From Rhodospirillales bacterium (GTDB taxonomy: Bacteria; Pseudomonadota; Alphaproteobacteria; Rhodospirillales; UBA2165), in assembly GCA_012960465.1 (NCBI GenBank), contig DUBF01000153.1, positions 13,476 to 77,475 of the forward strand: a DNA stretch of 64,000 nt. Direction: 5' to 3'. A program made the position numbers and the translations under genes. The notes under the pieces are model-generated. The model was given only the letters and a program-made list of their open reading frames with translations. It had not been told where the DNA came from and made no database searches. Within the stretch, counting starts at the first letter, position 1, and each line of letters begins with the position of its first letter. Below are positions 1 to 10,940 of this stretch, in pieces.

Positions 1-108
1 CAACCAGAAGACTTACAACCATTTAAGGCCCGTGATTTTGCTAATTCGTTGATGGGACTAGAGTAGAGAACTGAATTTCAAGATAAATAGCCCAGAGACA
101 GCTATCTA

Positions 109-354
109 TTATACACGAATATTCAAATAAAATCCTCGAGGAACATCCTCCCGAAACGGCTTGTCTGCGTCAAGCGTTTGGTCAAGCTTGGCTAATGCCC
201 GGCGAAAAGCAGGCTCATCCATTGGTTTGGTAATCCTAGCCTGACGATCAACTTCTTTTGAAGCTTCATATCCGGAAAGTGCTTGTTTGCGAAACTGCCC
301 AGAATGCTTGAGAGGCTGGACAGCAGCGGCTCCCACTCTAAAATCATCGGTCAC
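109..354 (-). CDS. hypothetical small protein (81 aa)
   Basis: ORF track. It has a GTG start with no clear Shine-Dalgarno and is GC-richer than the flanking AT-rich DNA. I recognise no domain or motif. Confidence 0.3.
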   Translation of the reverse strand: MTDDFRVGAAAVQPLKHSGQFRKQALSGYEASKEVDRQARITKPMDEPAFRRALAKLDQTLDADKPFREDVPRGFYLNIRV

Positions 355-770
355 TGGTTGATATACTTTTAATGTGTAAATTCAGGCCCATATATACTTT
401 AACCTTTTATTAGTTTCCATTAAATTCATTGTGGCTAAAAAAAGTTAATGAATCCTATCCTTGTTTGAATTTTTTCAGCTAAAATACTAAAGGATTGAAA
501 AAAATACTCCAGTTCAGCTCATGCATATCGTTACAACTAAAGTAGTGTATAAAGAATACATTATATTATGAACGCATTAATTCCTTTTGCAAATTTTCAT
601 AATAATTCTAGATAAACTATAATCGAAAATCGTAATTGAAGATGTTCAATTTAGCCTATTTTATTTTTGCGTGGAAGCCACAAAACAGTTTAACATAGTG
701 TATGTACGAGCCCACAAAGGAAATAACTTAAAACCAAACGAGCTACAAGTACTGAAAATGAGAAATTATT

Positions 771-2681
771 ATGAATGAGGATGCAACGACGCAAACGTCC
801 AAAACCAAAATGAAAAATAAGGACAATTTGAGAGAAATATTTCTTGAACCAACCTACGGGATCAAAGGCGAGCCGCTAGATGATGACGGAAGCCACAAAT
901 CTTTTATGGGAAGGTCTAGTTTTGCAACCCGCCGTTGGTTAGTTCTATTAACAAACATTATTGCATTTTGCAGCATGGCGGCGCTGTTTTTTCATGGTGA
1001 CCAATTACTAACATATTCGTTTCAACAAGTTCGTACAGCCAGTCATTTTTCTAAGCTAGTTTTTAAAATTGAATCTGAAATTGTCGCATTGAATAGCGAC
1101 AGTAACAATTTCATTTGGACAAAAGATTTACGCTACTCCGAGAATTACAACAAACGCGCTGAAACATTGATTCGCGATCTTAAAATCTTAGTAGAAAACC
1201 CAAAATTCCCAACAAGCCAAAAATTAGCAACGACCTTATATGATGGTATTGCAGAGCATAAAAAACAATTCTCCAAAATTATCAAAATCCAAAATTTATT
1301 AGGATTTAACAAGAATATTGGTATCTTAGCGAATGCCACAACATCTTTAGCGACGCTCGAAAAACGCCTGTCTCAATTAACCTCAACCAAAAAAAATACA
1401 GAAATACAAAATCTTCTTGGTAAGATCAAAATTAGTGAAGTAAAATTAACTCAAGGTGTAAATGCAAAAAAACAACAGGAAATTAACGTTCTCATCAACC
1501 TCCTCAATAAGGCATTGGTCACCTCAGCGCTAAAAAGTAAAGAACAGAGAACTTTGAAAAGCCTGATACAAAGCCACCTTAATGATATTACCCAACTATC
1601 TCGCACCTACATCATCTATAATAAAGCAACGACCAGACTGGGAGAAATAAGTGCCTATATAGCACCGAGCATAAATACAATCATAAATTATAATGACAAC
1701 CTCTCTCTTCTAGCTCGCCAGGAAAGTCTTGAAACGCAGCACTTAATTCGACAAATTATAATTTTTGGTAGCGGCGGTATATTGCTTTTACTCATTTTGT
1801 TTCACATGATTATAATACGAAGCGTTACTATACCAGGGACCAAAATAGTAGAAACCGCCATAGAATTAGCACATGGTAATGTAAGCGCGCCCATCCCTTA
1901 TCTTGCGAACTCAGACCCAATAGGTCAGCTAGCCAACACATTGACCATCTTCCGAGAGAACATGATGCAAGCTGACCGCTTACGCAAAGATTTAGAAATT
2001 GCACGGCAGGAAAGCATTCAACCTAGTATTGAACACATCCCAAATGCACATAAACTTCAAAATTTAGATCAATACCAGAACGAGGTCCTCTCACCAGAAA
2101 AGAACCAAGAAGAGGCGTTGGTCAACCCCGATAACTCAATCGATAACAATACAATTTCAAAGATCAGTAATAAAATAACGGCAACCAGCCAAAATGCTTC
2201 TGATGCATTTGAAGAAGTTGAACGAACGGAAATTATGGTTTCGGGCCTTGAAGATACGGCAGAAAAGATTGAGGATATTGAAGTTCTCATAATAGGCATC
2301 AGCGACCAAATTAGTTTGCTTGCAGTGCAAACGGCCCTACACACAAATAATGAAACTAGTGACGAGAACCTCATTCAACTCTATGAGAAACGGGATAAAA
2401 GAAAACCCAAAATTAAATCCGGTTCGGGTCAAACAGTAGATGATCGCATTAAATCTATTCAAGACGGAACAAAACGAGTTATTAAAGAGGTCCAGAAGAT
2501 TGGAACAACAGTCCACGATGTAAATAAAATTGCCAGAGAAATTTCTAATACTATATCGCGGGAGGCCCTAGAAGCTGCTAACCAACTTCTTCGACAATCT
2601 GAGGATCTCCGCACTATATTAGATAATATTTTAGATAAAACTCAAAATGAAAATACACCCATATCGAGGCCCAAAATATAA
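771..2681 (+). CDS. methyl-accepting chemotaxis protein-like transmembrane sensor (HAMP domain, degenerate signalling domain)
   Basis: Two hydrophobic segments (WLVLLTNIIAFCSMAALFF and IIIFGSGGILLLLILFHMIII) flank a ~270-aa helical region. A HAMP-like stretch follows (PIGQLANTLTIFRENMMQADRL). The C-terminal part has only a partial MCP core (ISDQISLLAVQTALH). Confidence 0.6.
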   Translation: MNEDATTQTSKTKMKNKDNLREIFLEPTYGIKGEPLDDDGSHKSFMGRSSFATRRWLVLLTNIIAFCSMAALFFHGDQLLTYSFQQVRTASHFSKLVFKIESEIVALNSDSNNFIWTKDLRYSENYNKRAETLIRDLKILVENPKFPTSQKLATTLYDGIAEHKKQFSKIIKIQNLLGFNKNIGILANATTSLATLEKRLSQLTSTKKNTEIQNLLGKIKISEVKLTQGVNAKKQQEINVLINLLNKALVTSALKSKEQRTLKSLIQSHLNDITQLSRTYIIYNKATTRLGEISAYIAPSINTIINYNDNLSLLARQESLETQHLIRQIIIFGSGGILLLLILFHMIIIRSVTIPGTKIVETAIELAHGNVSAPIPYLANSDPIGQLANTLTIFRENMMQADRLRKDLEIARQESIQPSIEHIPNAHKLQNLDQYQNEVLSPEKNQEEALVNPDNSIDNNTISKISNKITATSQNASDAFEEVERTEIMVSGLEDTAEKIEDIEVLIIGISDQISLLAVQTALHTNNETSDENLIQLYEKRDKRKPKIKSGSGQTVDDRIKSIQDGTKRVIKEVQKIGTTVHDVNKIAREISNTISREALEAANQLLRQSEDLRTILDNILDKTQNENTPISRPKI

Positions 2682-2859
2682 AAGTAAATTTAAAGCAACA
2701 AGAATTAAAGGGATAAACCCTATAACCAAAGTTATTTAAATTAAGCCTAGAAATAAAATAGGATTTTTAAAAGATAATTTCTCTGATAAAAATAATTTCA
2801 GTGACAATAAAGATAAAAAAAGAGCCTAAAAATTTCTAGGACCCTGTCTAAAGAAATAA

Positions 2860-4032
2860 TTATTCCATTAATACGGCAACACCCGGCAGTGTTTTTCCTT
2901 CAAGCCATTCAAGGAATGCCCCACCAGCCGAAGAAATATACGAAAAATTGTCTACCACTCCAGCATTTGCTAATGCGGACATAGTATCTCCACCGCCAGC
3001 TACCGTCAAAAGTTTACCTGCCTCTGTTAGCCTTGACGCAGACTTGGCAACTGCATTTGTACCTGCATCAAATGGCCTAAACTCAAAGGCACCAAGTGGA
3101 CCGTTCCAAACTAACGTCTTACATGTGCCAAGCACTGCTTCAATGTTGTCCAATGTACCTGGTCCAACATCTAAAATCATTTTCTCTGGGGGGATTGCAT
3201 CAATTGATGCAATGTTTGATGCACTACCATCACTTAATTTAGGTGCAACTACTGCATCAACAGGCAAATGTATTATACAGTTAGAATACCGAGCTTTATC
3301 AATAATATTCCTTGCAGTCATGGACATATCCTCTTCACATAAAGAACTCCCCACGGTTACGCCAGTAGCATACAAGAAGGTATTTGCCATTGCGCCTCCG
3401 ACAATTAAATGATCAACCTTGTGAATTAAGTTTTCCAACACCCCAAGCTTAGTCGATATTTTGTTACCGCCAACAATTGCGGCAACTGGATGGGTAGGAT
3501 GGGTGAGTGCTTGGTCAAGTGCTTCTAATTCTCGTTGCATCAATCGACCAGCCGCTGACGGTATCAAGCGAGCCACACCATCAATTGAAGCGTGCGCTCG
3601 GTGAGCACAGGAAAAAGCGTCGTTAATAAAAATATCACCTAGTTTACTAAGAAATTCAGCAAAGGCAGGTTGATTAATTTCTTCACCAGGATTAAAACGG
3701 AGATTTTCAAGCAAAACTATCTCGCCCGGATGGGCTGCATGCCGGCCATCAGGAGAAAAACTGATATTCGTATTTGGCAAAAACGACTTTAGAACCGGGA
3801 CCAAAGGCTCGAGAGAATACTTTTTTATAGGACGCCCATTAGGACGCCCCAAATGACTAGACAAAACAATACCAGCCCCTTTTGTTAGAACCTCTATTAA
3901 GGTTGGAACAGTTTTTTCAATCCGAGTAGTGTCGGTAATGATACCCCCCTGCATCGGAATGTTCATATCAACCCTCAATAGCACGCGTTTATCTGTCAGT
4001 TCAAAATCATCAAGTGTTCTTAAAATTGACAT
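2860..4032 (-). CDS. pgk: phosphoglycerate kinase
   Basis: MSILRTLDDFELTDKRVLLRVDMNIP N-terminus, plus SHLGRPNG and AGGGDT motifs. I trimmed the start to the ATG at 4032, because the 23 upstream codons of the ORF have no PGK counterpart. Confidence 0.95.
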   Translation of the reverse strand: MSILRTLDDFELTDKRVLLRVDMNIPMQGGIITDTTRIEKTVPTLIEVLTKGAGIVLSSHLGRPNGRPIKKYSLEPLVPVLKSFLPNTNISFSPDGRHAAHPGEIVLLENLRFNPGEEINQPAFAEFLSKLGDIFINDAFSCAHRAHASIDGVARLIPSAAGRLMQRELEALDQALTHPTHPVAAIVGGNKISTKLGVLENLIHKVDHLIVGGAMANTFLYATGVTVGSSLCEEDMSMTARNIIDKARYSNCIIHLPVDAVVAPKLSDGSASNIASIDAIPPEKMILDVGPGTLDNIEAVLGTCKTLVWNGPLGAFEFRPFDAGTNAVAKSASRLTEAGKLLTVAGGGDTMSALANAGVVDNFSYISSAGGAFLEWLEGKTLPGVAVLME

Positions 4033-4133
4033 TTTTTTGCATGCCCCTAGAAAATTTAAACGGATTAAGACGCAATATATACCGCTGGTTAGCTTGCACA
4101 AGTCACCACCCAGCTAGTTTTCTACTAGCACAA

Positions 4134-4170
4134 TAAAAAAAGCGGCTTAGCTAAGAAAGCCAAACCGCTT
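4134..4170 (-). terminator. intrinsic terminator (minus strand) about 240 nt downstream of acnA
   Basis: On the minus strand the sequence reads AGCGGTTTGGCT-TTCTT-AGCTAAGCCGCT followed by T6-7. Ten of 12 stem positions pair. Confidence 0.7.
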
Positions 4171-4407
4171 AACGGATAATCCAATTCTATTTGCTCAAAA
4201 TGGGAAGGGGGGGGAAGAGCATACAAAATTACAAGGCCATCTCTGGGGTAATTCAGTATTTTAAATCTATAATAGTACCTGACATAGAAACTAATAATGC
4301 TTATTAGGCAATATATCAATATAATCATATTGCAAAAAATAAACTGCAACATTTGTCATTTTCTATAATTCGAATCTCGCAGATTTAGTAAGATCTAAAG
4401 TGACAAT

Positions 4408-7089
4408 TTATGACGCCTTCAAATCACGGAGAACGTACTTTAGGATCCCCCCATGGCGATAGTATTCAACTTCGTCAGCTGTATCAATGCGACACAGCAA
4501 GGTGATACTTTCAATCGATCCATCAGCACGTTGAATATTGCACGAGACGTCCATTCGAGGCTTGATCCCATCTTTTATACCGATAATATCAAAAATCTCG
4601 GTGCCATCCAGTCCAAGAGTTAATCGATTCTGATTTTCTTTAAATTGCAACGGCAAAACACCCATCCCCACTAGGTTGGAGCGATGAATTCGTTCAAAAC
4701 TCTCGACAATAACGGCCTTAGCCCCCAAAAGTGTGGTGCCCTTTGCTGCCCAATCTCGTGATGAACCATTACCATATAATTTGCCGCCAACAATAACCAA
4801 TGGCACGCCCTCTTCCGCGTACTTCATCGCAGCGTCATAAATAGGCATCACTTCTCCTGAAGGCTGGTGTTTTGTAACGCCCCCTTCAGTGCCTGGTGCC
4901 ATCTCGTTCTTGATCCGAATATTGGCGAAAGTTCCTCGCATCATAACTTCATGGTTACCGCGACGTGAGCCATATGAGTTGAAGTCTTGAGTTCGCACTT
5001 GCCGGTCAGTAAGATAACTTCCAGCTGGGCTATCTTCTTTGATAGCTCCTGCTGGAGAAATATGATCGGTAGTGATAGAATCACCTAGAATTGCTAGCTC
5101 ACGGGCACCTTTTATATCAGAAAAATCACCCGCTTCTTCTTTCATACCCTCAAAAAAACTCGGATATTTAACATACGTGGAAGCTTCCTGCCAATCGTAG
5201 GTTTCACTACCTTCCGTTTGTATATTTTGCCATTGCTCGGGACCTTGCCAAACCTCATCACCATAACGACTGGCAAACATTTCTGGCGTGATATGATTAA
5301 GTACCGCATCGCTAACTTCTTGGTTACTCGGCCAGATATCTTTTAGGTAAACGGGGCTTCCATCTCGGTCCTGTCCCAACGAATCTTTGTAGAGATCGCA
5401 AGTCATTGAACCAGCCAGAGCATAAGCGACAACCAAGGGTGGAGAAGCTAAATAATTAGTTTTAATTTGCGCGTGGATGCGACCTTCAAAGTTTCGATTG
5501 CCCGATAGCACAGCACAAACGGTTAAATCACCATCAACAATAGCTCTGTCAACGGGTTCAGGCAAAGGCCCAGAATTACCTATACAAGTTGTACAGCCGT
5601 ATCCGACCACGTTAAATCCAAGCTCGTCGAGATCGCCTTGCAGATTTGCATCTTCCAGATAATCTGAGACCACTTTGCTACCAGGAGCAAGAGAAGTTTT
5701 CACCCAGGGCTTCGGCTTTAGCCCAAGCGCATTAGCATTACGCGCTAACAACCCTGCCGCCATTAAAACACTTGGGTTAGATGTATTCGTACACGACGTG
5801 ATCGCTGCAATAACAATGTCCCCATCTTGAACTTCATATTCGGCACCTTTAGGCGCTTGGGGACCTTTCCCACGGCCGACTGCGTTAAGCGTCTCTTCAA
5901 ATGCTGGTGCAGCGTTAAACAAAGAAATCCGATCTTGCGGCCGTTTTGGACCGGAGATTGAGGGCTCAACCGTCGAAATATCTAGTTCCAAAGTATCCGT
6001 AAAAATAGGGTCTGGCGTTTGCGCATCACGCCACATACCTTGAATTTTTGCATAGGCTTCAACCAAATCAACCCGGCCAGAATCACGTGAGGTAAACCTT
6101 AAAAAACGAAGTGTTTCTTGGTCGATCGGGAAAATACCACACGTTGCGCCGTATTCAGGCGCCATATTAGCAAGTGTTGCTCGGTCAGGTAAAGACAGGC
6201 CATCCAAAGCATCACCAAAAAATTCGACAAATTTACCAACCACACCTTTTTTTCGCAACATTTGAACCACATGCAAAACAAGGTCGGTTGCTGTTGCACC
6301 CTCTCTCATTTCACCGGTCATCTTAAATCCAATAACTTCTGGAATGAGCATGGATACAGGCTGCCCCAACATGGCCGCCTCAGCTTCAATACCGCCAACC
6401 CCCCAGCCCAGAACTGCCAAACCGTTAACCATCGTGGTGTGGCTATCTGTACCAACCAACGTATCCGGATAAGCAACTACTTTTCCTTCAATCTCATCGG
6501 TCCAAACAGTTTGCGACAAAAACTCTAAATTCACCTGATGGCAGATGCCCGTTCCTGGGGGTACGACGCGAAAGTTATTAAAAGCTTTAGATCCCCAACG
6601 TAAAAATTCATAGCGTTCCTGATTACGTTCAAACTCTTTATCTACATTTGCGTCAAACGAGTTGGTCGTACCAAAACTATCAATCATCACAGAGTGATCA
6701 ATGACCAGATCAACCGGAATTAATGGGTTAATTCTTTGTGGATCGCCGCCGAGTTCAAGCATTGCTTGACGCATCGCTGCCAAATCAACAACAGCGGGCA
6801 CACCCGTAAAGTCTTGCATCAACACACGAGCCGGACGAAATGCAATTTCACTGTCAGAACTTTTTGCGTTAATCCAAGATCCAAGGGCTTTTATATCATT
6901 AACGGTAACTGATAACCCATCTTCATAACGTAGAAGATTTTCCAACAGAACTTTTAACGAAAATGGCAAACGAGAAATGTCGCCGAGCTCAGACGCTGAA
7001 GCTACGTCAAGACTAAAATAATCATAACTCTTATCACCAACGCTTAGCGACCGCCGTGTCCTAAGGGTATCCTGGCCAACTTTCGCCAT
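4408..7089 (-). CDS. acnA: aconitate hydratase AcnA
   Basis: 893 aa. Fe-S ligand motifs are present: [24 protein letters not shown] and [12 protein letters not shown]. The C-terminal swivel domain is also present. Confidence 0.95.
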   Translation of the reverse strand: MAKVGQDTLRTRRSLSVGDKSYDYFSLDVASASELGDISRLPFSLKVLLENLLRYEDGLSVTVNDIKALGSWINAKSSDSEIAFRPARVLMQDFTGVPAVVDLAAMRQAMLELGGDPQRINPLIPVDLVIDHSVMIDSFGTTNSFDANVDKEFERNQERYEFLRWGSKAFNNFRVVPPGTGICHQVNLEFLSQTVWTDEIEGKVVAYPDTLVGTDSHTTMVNGLAVLGWGVGGIEAEAAMLGQPVSMLIPEVIGFKMTGEMREGATATDLVLHVVQMLRKKGVVGKFVEFFGDALDGLSLPDRATLANMAPEYGATCGIFPIDQETLRFLRFTSRDSGRVDLVEAYAKIQGMWRDAQTPDPIFTDTLELDISTVEPSISGPKRPQDRISLFNAAPAFEETLNAVGRGKGPQAPKGAEYEVQDGDIVIAAITSCTNTSNPSVLMAAGLLARNANALGLKPKPWVKTSLAPGSKVVSDYLEDANLQGDLDELGFNVVGYGCTTCIGNSGPLPEPVDRAIVDGDLTVCAVLSGNRNFEGRIHAQIKTNYLASPPLVVAYALAGSMTCDLYKDSLGQDRDGSPVYLKDIWPSNQEVSDAVLNHITPEMFASRYGDEVWQGPEQWQNIQTEGSETYDWQEASTYVKYPSFFEGMKEEAGDFSDIKGARELAILGDSITTDHISPAGAIKEDSPAGSYLTDRQVRTQDFNSYGSRRGNHEVMMRGTFANIRIKNEMAPGTEGGVTKHQPSGEVMPIYDAAMKYAEEGVPLVIVGGKLYGNGSSRDWAAKGTTLLGAKAVIVESFERIHRSNLVGMGVLPLQFKENQNRLTLGLDGTEIFDIIGIKDGIKPRMDVSCNIQRADGSIESITLLCRIDTADEVEYYRHGGILKYVLRDLKAS

Positions 7090-7574
7090 ACGGCACTCCT
7101 ACTTATAAATTAACTAAATTACACAATAAAATTTGAGCTTTGCCTACACCATAAGGCACAATTATTCCAGGCTTTTTCAATCCCAAGCTTTTCCATTTAG
7201 AAAAAAGCGATATTTTATTCCCACCGTTTATCTCAATCCAGGTTAATGATAAAGATGTAAAGTCTACAGATATTTGACTGCCATATAATATTTAAACTAA
7301 CAGGTATTTTATATGAATTTTGAACAAATATTCATAATAAAAAGACTTGAATTTCAACATACAGGGATATAATGTTTGCGCGTTGAACGTTAGTATAAAA
7401 CGACGCATGAGGGGTCAAAAGATGGAGAAGCTGACGGCGTAAATTTTAGTAAATCAAAAAAAGCGCCATTCTGATCTCAGTAAGTCGAATTTTAGTAGAA
7501 AGTAGAGTAATAAATAAAAAAATAATAATGTTTTTGAAATTAAGTCAGTTTCTTTTAGTTAAATCCACAATAGA

Positions 7575-8492
7575 TTGGTGAAGGATAAATTTCGGATGGT
7601 CCTGGCAGTAGTACTAGTTATATTAGGAGTGGGCTCAGTGATATTCCACATTTGGAGCCCTTGGTGGTCAACAGAAATAGCCTCTAATTGGGGTTCTATA
7701 GACAACGCTATCAATATTACCTTTTGGATTACCGGTGTAGCATATGTCGTCATTATCTTATTCATGGCATACTGTATTTATAAATATCGGTATCGGGCAG
7801 ATCGCCGTGCGGATTATGAACCAGAAAATAATAAACTTGAATGGTGGCTAACCTGGATCACTGCGGCAGGTGTTGTCGGGTTGCTAACCCCAGGCCTGCT
7901 TGCTTGGAACGATTTTGTGACAGTACCAAAAGATGCCCTGCAATATGAGGTAGTTGGTAAACAATGGGAATGGAATTTCCGTCTTCCAGGTAAAGACGGT
8001 AAACTAGGTACTTCAAAAGTTAGTTTGATAACGGATGACAATCCATTTGGTATAAATCCAAAAGACCCAAACGGGCAGGATGATGTTTTAATTGAAGGAG
8101 ACGATTTGCATTTGCCATTGGGTGTGCCCATAAAAATGAACTTGAGATCTCTCGACGTTCTGCATGATTTTTATGTTCCACAATTCCGGGCGAAAATGGA
8201 TCTCGTTCCTGGAATGATAACTTTTTTCTGGCTAACTCCCACGCGAACAGGATCATTTGATATTCTTTGTGCGGAACTGTGCGGCGTTGGTCACCATGCA
8301 ATGCGGAGTACGGTTGTTGTTGATGACAAAACCGCATTTAATAAATGGTTACAAAAACAGGAAACATTTGCGACGCTTTATCCAAAAAGCGCCGCAGGTA
8401 AAAAACAAGTAGCAGGTACGTCTGCGGGACCTTCAGAAGTTAAGACAGTTTTTTCAACCAGCGTAACAAATTCGAGTAAAACAATTCGCTAG
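7575..8492 (+). CDS. coxM: cytochrome c oxidase subunit II (CuA), coxMNOP-type cluster
   Basis: Two N-terminal TM helices and a CuA site (HDFYVPQF ... CAELCGVGHHAM). There is no fused cytochrome c domain. The listed start is GTG at 7575; an alternative ATG lies at 7596. Confidence 0.85.
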   Translation: MVKDKFRMVLAVVLVILGVGSVIFHIWSPWWSTEIASNWGSIDNAINITFWITGVAYVVIILFMAYCIYKYRYRADRRADYEPENNKLEWWLTWITAAGVVGLLTPGLLAWNDFVTVPKDALQYEVVGKQWEWNFRLPGKDGKLGTSKVSLITDDNPFGINPKDPNGQDDVLIEGDDLHLPLGVPIKMNLRSLDVLHDFYVPQFRAKMDLVPGMITFFWLTPTRTGSFDILCAELCGVGHHAMRSTVVVDDKTAFNKWLQKQETFATLYPKSAAGKKQVAGTSAGPSEVKTVFSTSVTNSSKTIR

Positions 8493-8525
8493 TGAATTTT
8501 AATTCGGTGCATAGAGGATAATTAA

Positions 8526-10283
8526 ATGAGTAATGGCGTAATTGAAGACTCCCAGGTAATTCCGGCAGCAGAAGTTGAGGAAGTTGAATTATATCATGCC
8601 AAAAGCTTCATAACAAAATGGGTTTTTTGCCAGGATGCTAAGGTGATCGCTATACAATATTCCGTAACAGCAATTGCCATTGGTCTGGTTGGCCTGGTTC
8701 TATCTTGGTTAATGCGATTGCAGTTGGGTTTCCCAGATGTATTTTCCTTTATTGATGCTGAGAGCTATTATCAGTATGTCACCATGCACGGAATGATCAT
8801 GGTTGTATATCTCCTAACTGCACTTTTTCTCGGCGGATTTGGCAATTATTTAATCCCGCTAATGGTTGGAGCACGAGATATGGTGTTCCCATACATGAAT
8901 ATGCTGAGCTATTGGATTTATTTACTAGCTACGTTGATTTTAGCAGCTAGCTTCTTTGTTCCAGGAGGCCCAACTGGCGCCGGTTGGACCCTATACCCAC
9001 CGCAATCCATTTCAGAGGGCACACCAGGTATAAACGGTGGAATTATTTTAATGCTTGTCTCCCTCGCTTTTTTTATTATTGGCTTTACAATGGGTGGTCT
9101 CAATTATGTTGTAACTGTATTGCAGGCAAGAACCCGTGGCATGACATTAATGCGTATGCCATTAACGGTATGGGGCATTTTTGTCGCCACAATATTGGCG
9201 TTATTAGCGTTTCCAGCGCTATTTGTGGCAGCCATTATGACGCTTTTTGATAAACTTCTCGGCACAAGCTTCTTTATGCCAGAGATGTTAGTGCAAGGCG
9301 AACTGGGGCCACATGAAAATGGCAGCCCCCTTTTATTTCAACATTTATTTTGGTTCTTTGGCCACCCAGAAGTATACATCGTTGCCCTGCCAGCCTTTGG
9401 GGTGGTCTCTGATATTATCAGCACACATGCACGCAAAAATATCTTTGGATATCGCATGATGGTTTGGGCAATTGTTGCCATTGGTGGGTTAAGCTTCATT
9501 GTATGGGCGCACCACATGTATGTCAGTGGTATGAACCCATATTTTGGTTTTTTCTTTGCAACAACCACCCTAATTATAGCCGTTCCAACGGCACTTAAAT
9601 TGTATAATTGGGTCCTCACTTTGTATAAAGGCAATATCCATTTAACGATCCCAATGTTATTTTGCGTTGCCTTCATCCTAACTTTTTTAAATGGCGGTAT
9701 TACCGGATTATTTCTAGGAAATGTGATTGTTGATATACCTTTGTCAGATACGATGTTTGTGGTTGCACACTTCCATATGGTTATGGGTATAGCGCCTGTG
9801 CTTGTTATTTTTGCTGCAATCTATCATTGGTTCCCAAAAATGTCGGGGCGGATGCTTCACGAAGGCTGGGGCCAATTCCACTTCTGGGTAACTTTTTTAG
9901 GTAGCTATCTCATCTATTTCCCAATGCATTATCTCGGTTTCGTAGGAGTGCCGCGGCGATATTTTGAAATTGGTGAAACATCCTTCGTGCCCGAATCTGC
10001 AGTGGCGCTGAATGAGTTTATTACGATTATGGTTCTGATAGTTGGGTTTGCCCAGGTTGTGTTTATAATAAATATCATATGGAGTGTGTTTAAAGGAAAA
10101 CCCTCGGGTGACAACCCATGGAACAGCACGACACTTGAATGGCAAACGGCGACTACTCCTCCAGGCCATGGGAATTTTGGCAAGGAATTACCAATATGTT
10201 ATCGGTGGGCGTATGAATATAGCTTACCCGGGGTCAAAGCCGATTTTATACCACAAAACCTAGCGCCAGATAAAATAAAGTAG
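8526..10283 (+). CDS. coxN: cytochrome c oxidase subunit I
   Basis: 585 aa and polytopic. Signatures GHPEVYIVALPAFG, WAHHMY and HFHMV match heme-copper oxidase subunit I. Confidence 0.95.
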   Translation: MSNGVIEDSQVIPAAEVEEVELYHAKSFITKWVFCQDAKVIAIQYSVTAIAIGLVGLVLSWLMRLQLGFPDVFSFIDAESYYQYVTMHGMIMVVYLLTALFLGGFGNYLIPLMVGARDMVFPYMNMLSYWIYLLATLILAASFFVPGGPTGAGWTLYPPQSISEGTPGINGGIILMLVSLAFFIIGFTMGGLNYVVTVLQARTRGMTLMRMPLTVWGIFVATILALLAFPALFVAAIMTLFDKLLGTSFFMPEMLVQGELGPHENGSPLLFQHLFWFFGHPEVYIVALPAFGVVSDIISTHARKNIFGYRMMVWAIVAIGGLSFIVWAHHMYVSGMNPYFGFFFATTTLIIAVPTALKLYNWVLTLYKGNIHLTIPMLFCVAFILTFLNGGITGLFLGNVIVDIPLSDTMFVVAHFHMVMGIAPVLVIFAAIYHWFPKMSGRMLHEGWGQFHFWVTFLGSYLIYFPMHYLGFVGVPRRYFEIGETSFVPESAVALNEFITIMVLIVGFAQVVFIINIIWSVFKGKPSGDNPWNSTTLEWQTATTPPGHGNFGKELPICYRWAYEYSLPGVKADFIPQNLAPDKIK

Positions 10284-10295
10284 AGAGATTATCCT

Positions 10296-10925
10296 TTGAG
10301 CATTTTTAACGAACTCACCAAAAAGCCTTGGTTGGCGGATCCCTCACAAATTGATGGAGCTCCGGCCAATCAAGCCTTATTTTTGCCATCTGGCAAAGTT
10401 GGTCTACGTGTATTTCTGGTCGTTGTAACAGTCGTCTTTTTATTGACAACAATAGCCTATGGCGACCGTATGTTATTCGCAAATTGGAAGTCCACACCAG
10501 AACCTTGGGTGCTTTGGCTCAACACATTTGTGTTGATAGCCAGTAGCGTAGCTATGCAATGGGCCCGAAATAATACAAAACGAGGTAACCTAACGGGAGT
10601 TCGTGATGGATTGATTTTCGGCGGTGTCCTGACAATTTCTTTCCTTGTGGGACAACTATACGGCTGGCAACTGATGGTAGAATCAGGATATTACGCCCAC
10701 ACTAATACGGCCAATGCCTTCTTTTATCTGATCACGGCCCTGCACGGAGCTCACATGATCGGCGGGCTGATTGCTTGGGGACGAAGCCTGCTGAAAGTAA
10801 GAGAGATTCTGCGGTCAAATGGTTCTGTCTCAGACGTAAAATTAAGCGTGGAGTTATGCACGACCTATTGGCATTATTTATTAATGATTTGGTTAATTTT
10901 GTTTATGTTACTATTGATAAGTTAA
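10296..10925 (+). CDS. coxO: heme-copper oxidase subunit III family protein (short paralog)
   Basis: 209 aa with a TTG start. Subunit III-like C-terminal helices are present (ALHGAHMIGGLIAW, TYWHYLLMIWLILF). It lies directly after subunit I. Confidence 0.75.
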   Translation: MSIFNELTKKPWLADPSQIDGAPANQALFLPSGKVGLRVFLVVVTVVFLLTTIAYGDRMLFANWKSTPEPWVLWLNTFVLIASSVAMQWARNNTKRGNLTGVRDGLIFGGVLTISFLVGQLYGWQLMVESGYYAHTNTANAFFYLITALHGAHMIGGLIAWGRSLLKVREILRSNGSVSDVKLSVELCTTYWHYLLMIWLILFMLLLIS

Positions 10926-10940
10926 AAAGGATTTGACATT

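Noticed and set aside
1-66. Open frame ...QPEDLQPFKARDFANSLMGLE* that may be the 3' end of an upstream plus-strand gene
   Set aside because: Only 21 codons are visible, which is too short to identify or to support as a feature.
2948-3412. 154-aa ORF antisense to pgk. Similar antisense ORFs lie at 12533-12865, 24154-24627, 28013-28381, 29046-29417, 55589-55987 and 59616-60017.
   Set aside because: Each lies wholly inside a well-supported gene on the opposite strand. They have Ser/Pro/Ala-rich or otherwise odd composition and no motifs, which is typical of shadow ORFs.
4125-4352. 75-aa ORF on the minus strand between acnA and pgk
   Set aside because: It reads through the terminator stem-loop. 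Its composition (Ile/Tyr/Phe/Leu-rich) is what AT-rich non-coding DNA yields. It has no SD and no recognisable motif.
4369-4376. TTCGAATC, a tRNA T-loop-like octamer
   Set aside because: The flanking bases cannot form a T-arm, and no acceptor or anticodon arms can be drawn. I found no tRNA genes anywhere in the window.
7347-7376. CTTGAA-N16-TATAAT promoter-like element upstream of the oxidase cluster
   Set aside because: Such matches are expected by chance in this AT-rich 485-bp spacer, and the 190-nt leader it implies has no supporting evidence.
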